NCBI GenBank assembly: GCA_963767925.1
Contig: CAVYGB010000006.1
Location: 256,001-320,000 of the forward strand
Direction: 5' to 3'
Length of the DNA: 64,000 bases
Origin: an uncultured delta proteobacterium
Lineage (GTDB): Bacteria > Myxococcota_A > Polyangia > Fen-1088
The translations under genes and the position numbers were made by a program. Shown here piece after piece: positions 57,068-64,000 of this stretch; the stretch's first letter is position 1, and each line of letters opens with the position of its first letter. Below the pieces are notes generated by a model. That model saw nothing but the letters and a program-made list of their open reading frames with translations, was not told where the DNA came from and ran no database searches.

Positions 57068-58447
57068 TTAGCTCAGGAAGAACTTCAGGTAGGGCTTCCC
57101 CTCCGCCTGGCGCAGCAGCAGCAGGGCCAGCTCGCGGGCGTGGTAGTCGCCCCACATGGACGACTCGCCGAGGGGCACCGAGCGGCCATCGGGCACGTGG
57201 TCCCAGCCGTTGGGACGGTGGTAGACCGAGTGGAGCAGGAGTCCCTCGTGGGCCGGGTCGCTCGAGAGGTAGGGTTCGCCGAACAGCGCGCGGGCGACCG
57301 TGAGGCCAGCCTGCTGGTAGCGGCGGGCCTTGGCGGCCTCGCCCTGCGTCGCCAGGTAGTTGCCGAGGCGGATCAGCCCCTGAGCGGCGATGGCCGCCGC
57401 CGAGCTGTCGACCGGCTCGTGCTGGTTGTAGGGGTCGGCGGCGCGGCCCAGGTAGTCGCCCATCCGGGCCAGGCCGGGGGCCCCGGTGTCCCAGTAGGGG
57501 ATGCCGTCGGTGGGCGTGTTGTCGATGTAGAAATCGGCGGTCGCCTCGGCCGCCTCCCGGAAGCGGCTCAGCACCTGCTCGCGGTCGCCCAGCCCGGCGA
57601 AGGCCTGGTCGGGCAGGGTCGAGAGGAACTCGAGCTGCTCGGGGTAGCCGCACAGGACCCAGGCCAGGCCGCGGGTCCAGGTGGAGAAGGGGGAATAGCC
57701 CTGCTGGCTCGAGGGGCAGCGGTAGGCCCCGTCGTTGAGGTTGAAGATCGACTCGTGGGCCACCCGGCCCCGCAGGTCGTAGGAGTCGCGGCCCTTGCCG
57801 TAGTAGACGTTGAAGCGGGCGGTGGCCTCGCCGTGCTGGATGATCCGGCCGAGCAGGGAGATCGGCTTGTCGCCCTCCCCCATCAGCACGTGGCCGAGCT
57901 GGTGGGAGACCGCCAGCGCCCGCAGCGAGCGGATGGTGTCGGCGAACAGCGAGTGGGGGCCGTTGAACGAGTAGATGTACCCCAGCTCGGGCGAGAGGCG
58001 GGTGAAGCGGGCGGCCTGGACGGCGCCCGTGACCTTGAGGGCCAGCTCGTAAAAACGCCGCTCCCAGGCGTCGTCGGGGATGCGCCCCTCCCGCTGCAGG
58101 CGCAGCAGGTTGCCGTAGGTGCTGACGTTGTTGAAGCCGTGGTCGTGCACGCCGACGTGGGTCAGGTGCGAGGCCATGCGCTCGACGGTGGCGGTGCGGC
58201 CGATCTCCAGGAAGCGCGGCTCGCCGGTGGCGTCGAACTGCAAGATGGCGGCGCCGAACTGGAAGCCCTGGGTCCACTCGGTCCAGCCGCGGGTCGTGTA
58301 CTGGCCGCGCACGGTGAAGACGGGGGTGCCCTGGGCCGGGTTCCAGCGCTTCTCCAGCCGATCGATCTTTTGACCGGACAGCTCGAACAGCTTGCGGATG
58401 GCGGGGGCGAGATCTTTGCTGGTGAGGGCGGAGTCGATCTTGAGCAT
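57068..58447 (-). CDS. Glycoside hydrolase, GH88-like (unsaturated glucuronyl hydrolase family)
   Basis: Start MLKIDS (58447); WTQGF, HDHGF, WTRGLAW, PYWD, DSSAAAIAA, WGDY. Confidence 0.85.
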   Translation of the reverse strand: MLKIDSALTSKDLAPAIRKLFELSGQKIDRLEKRWNPAQGTPVFTVRGQYTTRGWTEWTQGFQFGAAILQFDATGEPRFLEIGRTATVERMASHLTHVGVHDHGFNNVSTYGNLLRLQREGRIPDDAWERRFYELALKVTGAVQAARFTRLSPELGYIYSFNGPHSLFADTIRSLRALAVSHQLGHVLMGEGDKPISLLGRIIQHGEATARFNVYYGKGRDSYDLRGRVAHESIFNLNDGAYRCPSSQQGYSPFSTWTRGLAWVLCGYPEQLEFLSTLPDQAFAGLGDREQVLSRFREAAEATADFYIDNTPTDGIPYWDTGAPGLARMGDYLGRAADPYNQHEPVDSSAAAIAAQGLIRLGNYLATQGEAAKARRYQQAGLTVARALFGEPYLSSDPAHEGLLLHSVYHRPNGWDHVPDGRSVPLGESSMWGDYHARELALLLLRQAEGKPYLKFFLS

Positions 58448-58449
58448 GG

Positions 58450-59253
58450 TCAGAGCCTCTGCAGGTGGATGCCGCCGTCGACGTTGATGACGTCGCCGGT
58501 CGAAAACGGGAAGTTCCCCTTGAGCAGCGCGCTCACCGCGAGGCCGACGTCTTCGCCGGTGCCCCAGCGCTTCTGGGGCACGAGCCCCTCGCCGATGAGC
58601 TTGTCGTATTTTTCTTTCACCCCCGCGGTCATGTCGGTGGCCATGATGCCGGGGCGGATCTCGAAGACCTGCACGCCCTCGGTGGCCAGGCGGGAGGCCC
58701 ACAGCTTGGTGACCATGCCCAGCCCCGCCTTGGAGATGCAATATTCGCCCCGGTTGATCGAGGCGAGGTAGGCGGAGATCGAGGAGACGATGATGAGCTT
58801 GAAGCCCCCGGCCAGGCGCGAGGTGCCCTTGCGCTCGAGCCAGTGGCGGACCACCGTCTGTGACAGGAAGTAGGGGCCCTTGAGGTTGACGGCGATGACC
58901 TCGTCGAAGCTCTCCTCGGTGGCCTCGACGATGTCGGCCCGCACGCGGGGGGCCATGCCGGCGTTGTTGACGAGGGCGTCGATGCGGCCGAGGCCAGCCA
59001 GGGTCTCGGTCACGATGCGGGCCCGATCGCCGGCGTCGCCGACGTTGCCGCCCACCGCGAGGAAGCGCTGCTCCGGCCCGGGCGCCAGCTTGCGGCAGGC
59101 GGCCACCGTCTCCTCGGCGGCCTTGACGTTGCTGGCGTAGTGGACCGCCACCGAGAGCCCGTCGCGGGCGAGCACCTCGGCGATGCCGCGCCCAAGCCCC
59201 CGGCTGGCCCCGGTGACCAGCGCGACCGGGGGACCTTTCGTCTCTGGGTTCAT
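58450..59253 (-). CDS. Short-chain dehydrogenase/reductase
   Basis: TGASRGLG, NNAG, YCISK, PG, STG-x-x-INVDGG. Confidence 0.93.
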   Translation of the reverse strand: MNPETKGPPVALVTGASRGLGRGIAEVLARDGLSVAVHYASNVKAAEETVAACRKLAPGPEQRFLAVGGNVGDAGDRARIVTETLAGLGRIDALVNNAGMAPRVRADIVEATEESFDEVIAVNLKGPYFLSQTVVRHWLERKGTSRLAGGFKLIIVSSISAYLASINRGEYCISKAGLGMVTKLWASRLATEGVQVFEIRPGIMATDMTAGVKEKYDKLIGEGLVPQKRWGTGEDVGLAVSALLKGNFPFSTGDVINVDGGIHLQRL

Positions 59254-59387
59254 GGGCCGCGCATTCAAGCACAGCCCCGGGTGGCGGGGGACCGGAAATC
59301 GCCAGGTGGGCTGGCGCGCCCGGGAGGGTCGCGATTCTCGGGTGCGGGCCCCGGCCGCCGCCAGCGGGAGCGGGGGTCAGGCCGGTC

Positions 59388-60701
59388 TCACCAGCCGAGC
59401 CACTCGGACTGGAGCGCGATGTTGATCTCGTCCTCGAAGGCCAGCTTGCCCCGGGTGTCCATGGAGTAGATCCGGGTGATGTTGGTGGGGCGGTGGTCCT
59501 CGGCGGTGAAGGAGATCGGCGGCGTCAGGCCCCCCGTCTGCAGGCCGCGGAAGGACTCGTAGGCCTCCTTGAGGTTCTTGCCGGTGAGGGGCTTGTCCTC
59601 GTCGAGCAGCTTCTCGATCCCCTCGCGGAAGAGAAAAAACGAGATGTAGCCCTGCACGTAGCGCACGTTGCGCCACCTCGTGTCGTCCTCGCCGTCGTGG
59701 CGCCGCCACTTCTTGTGGATGCGCATCAGCTCCTCCATGCCGACGTGGCGGAGGTCGCCGAAGGCGGCGAAGGCCTGCACCGAGAAGGTGCTGCCCACGC
59801 AGGCCTCGCCACACAGCTCCCAGGTGCGCTCGTCCATGCCGTAGAGGTTCATGATCAGCCGGGCGTCCGGGAGGTACCGCTTGGCCGCCTTGGCGAAGAA
59901 GGTGCTCGTGAGGATGGAGTTGCCGACCCAGAACCACTGCACGTCGGGGTTGGCGCTGGCGTACTCCTTGACCTTGAGATCGATCACCGCCTCGGTGTCC
60001 ATGAGGGCGGGGTTGACGTCGGGGGCGATGGTCAGGCCCAGGCTGACGGCGAAGGTCTTGCCGGGCGGGATGGGCTCCTTGCAGAAAGCGGAGTCCAGGC
60101 AATAGGCGAAGGCGATCTTGCCGCCGCCCCGCTTCTTCACGAACTCCATGCCGATCCGGATCTGGGTGGAGTAGTCGGTGCCGGCGAAGAAGTTGTAGGG
60201 GGCGCCCTCGGCCACGAACTCGCGGGCGCTGGGCTCGGTCGGCACCTGGATGGTGCGGCTCTGGGGCACCGGGGTGGCCAGGGTGGTGGCGTACGACCCG
60301 GAGATCCAGGGGACCTCGCGCATCTTTGCTTCCTTGCTGAAGGCCTGGGTGTCGGGGGTGCCCCAGCTGAAGAACTGGATGACGTCGTTGAAGCTCGGGT
60401 CGTTGGCCTTCCAGTCTTCGTAGGTCGCGATCCAGCGGGCCATCGAGTAGCCGTGGTCGACCGCCTTCTCCTCGATGGCGTGGCCGCGGATGCCGCCCAG
60501 CTCGTTGGCCTCGCGGATGGCGTCCTTGATCCCGATGTAATAGGGGGCGCCGTTCTCGGAGGTCGGCCCGGTGAGGACGGTCATGCTCCGCACCTGGATG
60601 GGCGCCTTGGGCCCCGGGGGCGTGACCGGTGGATCCTCCCCGCAGGCGAGGCCCGTCCCGATCAGCGCGCAACCGATCCAGCCCGCTCGTCTGTTCGTCA
60701 T
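59388..60701 (-). CDS. Branched-chain amino acid-type ABC substrate-binding lipoprotein (orphan)
   Basis: Lipobox-like GLAC; LTGPTS, SWGT, YNFF...DYS, PISFTAEDHRP. Confidence 0.85.
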   Translation of the reverse strand: MTNRRAGWIGCALIGTGLACGEDPPVTPPGPKAPIQVRSMTVLTGPTSENGAPYYIGIKDAIREANELGGIRGHAIEEKAVDHGYSMARWIATYEDWKANDPSFNDVIQFFSWGTPDTQAFSKEAKMREVPWISGSYATTLATPVPQSRTIQVPTEPSAREFVAEGAPYNFFAGTDYSTQIRIGMEFVKKRGGGKIAFAYCLDSAFCKEPIPPGKTFAVSLGLTIAPDVNPALMDTEAVIDLKVKEYASANPDVQWFWVGNSILTSTFFAKAAKRYLPDARLIMNLYGMDERTWELCGEACVGSTFSVQAFAAFGDLRHVGMEELMRIHKKWRRHDGEDDTRWRNVRYVQGYISFFLFREGIEKLLDEDKPLTGKNLKEAYESFRGLQTGGLTPPISFTAEDHRPTNITRIYSMDTRGKLAFEDEINIALQSEWLGW

Positions 60702-60842
60702 GGTCTCCTCCAGCGTCCCCGCGTCGGTGACCACACCGCGCCCTGCCCGACTAGTCGGGCCCGAGCGCAGCGAGGGAACCCGGCTACTTCGAAAACAGTA
60801 CCTAGACTCGGCCGTCGGGGGACAGGACTTGAGGGCGACGCG

Positions 60843-62291
60843 TCAGCGGCGGCGGCGGCGGAAAAGAGCGACGGGAGGGAGGAGCGCCAGCGGCAGGCCG
60901 GATGCGGAGGGGCCACCGGCGAGCTGGCACCCGAGCGGGGCGGAGGAGGCGCCAGGCAGGAGCGTCTCGGTCCCCCCGTCGAGGATCGCCTCGGGGTGGG
61001 GCCCGCCGGGCAGCGGGTGCTCGGCCGCCAGCGCGAGGCCGAGCGCGAGGAAGGCGGTCCAGTTCTCCTCGGCGGTCGGGATGATCTGCTCGGGCGGCAG
61101 GCCGAAGCCGGCCACCTCCCGGCCGTCGCGCAGCTCGATGGCGAAGCTCTCGCGACCGCTGGTGCGGAACCAGTCGATGGCCCCGCCGCCCTGCCCCTGG
61201 GCCAGGTCGAAGCCCTCGCGGGCCGGGTGCAAAGTGCCGTGGAGCGACCGCAGGGTGTCAGCGTAGAGCTGGGCCCGGGCGGCGCTCGCCTCGAAGCCGT
61301 CGGGGCGCGCGCGGGTGTGGGCGAAGGGGATCATCACCTGCTCGGCGGGGGCGTGGTAGTCGAGGAAGAGCTGCAGGTTGGGCAACGAGTCGGCCAGGTC
61401 CTTGATGGCCCGGGTCTCCGGCTCGGAGAAGGGATGGGGGCCCGGGTAGCTCTCCTCGGCGCAGCCCCCGGCGGGGGCGCCCAGGCCGAAGGCGACGTCG
61501 TAGTTGCGGTTGAGATCGACCGGGCAGCGCGGGTTCATGTTCTTGCGCAGCAGGCGCTGGCCGGTGTGGGTGGCCACGTAGCCGTCGACGTTGACCACCG
61601 GCACCACGAACACGGCGAGGGTGTTGACCACCCGCCGCACGCGCGGATCGACGAGGTACTGGCGAACGAGCGCCTCGGCGATCCCCATCGTCACCATCGG
61701 GGAGGCCCACTCGCGCGCGTGGTGGGTGCCGGTGACGAGGATGGCCGCCCGGGTGATGGTCTCGTCGGCGGGGGCGCCGCCGGCCAGGATGCGCAGGCCC
61801 TGGATGGGCCGCCCTTCGATCGATCGGCCCAGGGTGACGACGCGGGCCCGTCCCCGCGAGGCCAGGGCGAGCTCGCCGAGCCGCCGGTTCACTGCGGCGA
61901 GGTCCTGCACCTGCCCCCACCAGCCGTCGAAGACCCCCAGACGCCCGGGCAAGGTGCTGCCGAGCGCCCGGGTCGCGGGGGCACCGGCGCTGCCGAGCGA
62001 TCCGAGCGAATCGGCGGCCGGGCCCGGCGCGCGCAGGGTGATCCCGCGGGCGGCGAGGCGGTCGGCGGTCGGCCGGCTGATCAGCAGCAGGTGGCGCCCC
62101 GGGCCGGGATCGTGGGGCTCGATGACCTGCTCGGCGAGCCGCCAGATCGCCGCCACCTGCTCCTCGCTGGCGGGCTCCACGGCGACGGGGAACAGGGCGT
62201 CGCTGCGGGGGGCGGCGGCAGCGCTGCGGCTGGTCAGCCCGAGCGCCAGGGCGAGCAACCCGGCGAGGAGGGCGGAGACCCGGCGGCGCAC
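60843..62291 (-). CDS. M14 zinc carboxypeptidase with MYXO-CTERM-like sorting tail
   Basis: HAREW, NVDG, RKN, DLNRNY, FSEPET, DYH, IELR; tail GCQLAG...LALLPPVALFRRRRR. Confidence 0.9.
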   Translation of the reverse strand: MRRRVSALLAGLLALALGLTSRSAAAAPRSDALFPVAVEPASEEQVAAIWRLAEQVIEPHDPGPGRHLLLISRPTADRLAARGITLRAPGPAADSLGSLGSAGAPATRALGSTLPGRLGVFDGWWGQVQDLAAVNRRLGELALASRGRARVVTLGRSIEGRPIQGLRILAGGAPADETITRAAILVTGTHHAREWASPMVTMGIAEALVRQYLVDPRVRRVVNTLAVFVVPVVNVDGYVATHTGQRLLRKNMNPRCPVDLNRNYDVAFGLGAPAGGCAEESYPGPHPFSEPETRAIKDLADSLPNLQLFLDYHAPAEQVMIPFAHTRARPDGFEASAARAQLYADTLRSLHGTLHPAREGFDLAQGQGGGAIDWFRTSGRESFAIELRDGREVAGFGLPPEQIIPTAEENWTAFLALGLALAAEHPLPGGPHPEAILDGGTETLLPGASSAPLGCQLAGGPSASGLPLALLPPVALFRRRRR

Positions 62292-62450
62292 GCCTACAGG
62301 CTACCACACGGGATTACAAATGGAGATTTGTATTACATATCATAATGAAGTGAATCATTCGCGCGGGCAACCGCGGCGGCCTGCGGCGTGCACGGCTTCC
62401 GCCTGACGTGCACGTCGCACGTGCACGGGTTCCGTTCTGAAGTCCGCCGC

Positions 62451-64000
62451 TCAGCGCTTGAAGGGGTCCGTGAGGGGCGGGTTGCAGGCCAGGTCGACCA
62501 GGGCCTCGATCAGCACGTGCGCGCCGCGGTGGAGGTCCGCGATGGGGACCTGCTCGTCGACGTCGTGGCCGGGGTACGGCCTGTCCGGGAACCACATCCC
62601 GAAGGCGATGCTCCTCGGCATCCGCTTGGCGTACGTCCCGCCGCCGGAGATGGCGGGCCGGGCGACGCGGCCGGTGGCCCGCGCGTAGACGGCCAGCAGG
62701 CGGCGCACCAGCTTCGACCGAGGATCGAACGAGCAGCGGCTCGTCGTCGTAAAAGCCGCCCGCCACCAGGGCAGCGCCGGTGCGCTTGTTGAAGGCGGCC
62801 ACCCAGGCGTTCAGCTTCTTCTCGAGCTGCGGTCCGGTCAGCGGGGGGGTTCGCCGCAGGTTGATCACGAGCTGGTGGCTCCCCCCCTCGATCGGCTTGA
62901 GGGTGGCGACGTTGACCGCGTAGCGGCCCCACAGCGGGTCCTTCCGGGTCAGACCGAAGCCGCTGCCGTACAGATCGCGCCCCGCCAGGCGCGCCACCGC
63001 CAGCAGGTCCCCGGCGCCGCCCGCCGGCAGCAGCCCGTCCACCGCCAGGGCCAGCCCGACCAGCGCGTTGCGCCCCCCCTCGAGGTTCACCCCGCCGTGG
63101 GCGGCCCGCCCGCGGGCGACGGCGGTGAGGGCGTCGTCCCGGGTGTCGATCTCGAGGCGGACGCCCGAGGGCAAGGTGCGGGTCCGGAGCTGTTCGATGA
63201 CCGGCTGCCAGGCCGGGGCGCTGGCCCCCTCCCCGCCCCGCCAGGTGAGCGTGATGCGCGCCTGGTCGGGCACGATGCTGGGCGTGAGCCCCGCCTCGAG
63301 GGCGGTCACCTCGTAGGGCAGCGGCTTGCCCCCCGGGCGGGCGGCCAGCGGCGCGCTCACGTACAGCGCGTTCCAGGCTTTCTCCCCGACCACCACCGGG
63401 AAGGCCGAGTCGAGCACCAGGCTGAAGGCGGGCGGCGGGTGGGTCTCGAGGTACTCGGCGATGTCGCGGTTGCCGCTCTCTTCATCGCTGCCCACCAGCA
63501 GGCGCACGGTGTGGGTGCGGGCGAGGCCGCTGTCGCGCAGGGCGGTCATCGCCAGCAGCGCCTGCACCAGCGGGCCCTTGTCATCGGCCGAGCCGCGCCC
63601 GAGGACCACGTCGTCGCGGACCCGCCCCTCGAAGGGCGGGATGCTCCAGCGGTCCGCCTCGACCGGCTGCACGTCGCCGTGGACCAGCAACCCCAGCACG
63701 GGGGCCAGGTCGGGGCCGGGCAGATCGATCTCGGTGACCAGCCCCGCCTCCCGCACCTCCAGCCCGAGGGCGGTGCCGGCGCTCTTCAGCCAGGCCTGCT
63801 GGTCGCGGCGGGCCTTGTCGTTGCCGGCGACGGTGGGGAAGCGCAGCACCTCCGATAGCAGCGGCAGCAGGCGGTAGCCCCAGCGCTCGTCGTATTGCCG
63901 GTGGGCCGCGGTGGCGTCCCGCACCGGCGCCGGGGCTGACGCCGCTGGTTTTGGGGGGGCCGCTCCGCCAGCGGCCGCTACCTGGGCGAGGAGAGCCGAG
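62451..64000 (-). CDS. M20 family dipeptidase (PepV/Sapep-like), secreted; start beyond right edge; apparent frameshift ~62730
   Basis: HGDVQP, GRGSADDKGP, DEESG, LDSAFPVVVGEK; C-terminal GGGTYAK...AFG...GHDVDE lies in a second frame (ORF 62451..62708). Confidence 0.88.

Overview
High-GC bacterial DNA, most likely Myxococcota (MYXO-CTERM-like tail, Cys-rich repeat lipoprotein, membrane Ser/Thr kinase; taxonomy is inference). Bases 1-32.7 kb are the 5' part of a minus-strand hybrid FAAL/NRPS/PKS cluster that runs off the left edge. Transcription order: stand-alone C domain, MbtH, SyrD/PvdE-type exporter, TEII, FAAL-ACP-C-A(Ala)-T, C-A(Leu)-T-C-beta-hydroxylase, Interface-A(Glu)-T, KS-AT-KR[nested DH]-carrier, ABC ATPase, NusG/RfaH paralogue, AsnB-type amidotransferase, stand-alone TauD/SyrP hydroxylase, McyF-like Asp racemase, C-less A-T, then another NRPS. 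Substrate calls are hand-read specificity codes. The most striking non-coding signal is a pair of homologous ~160-nt leaders 25 kb apart, one at the cluster head and one before the NusG paralogue. They share four collinear blocks ending in an identical ops-like element (TGGCGGCAGCCTGCC), suggesting a dedicated, autoregulated antitermination system. Bases 32.7-64 kb are ordinary chromosomal genes (lactonase, AsmA, Lgt, LigD PolDom, hydrolases, sugar enzymes, hybrid histidine kinase, bfr/bfd with a Fur box, peptidases) with REP-like repeats. Three apparent frameshifts (~1310, ~44609, ~62730) may be assembly errors. No rRNA, tRNA, CRISPR or transposase was recognised.
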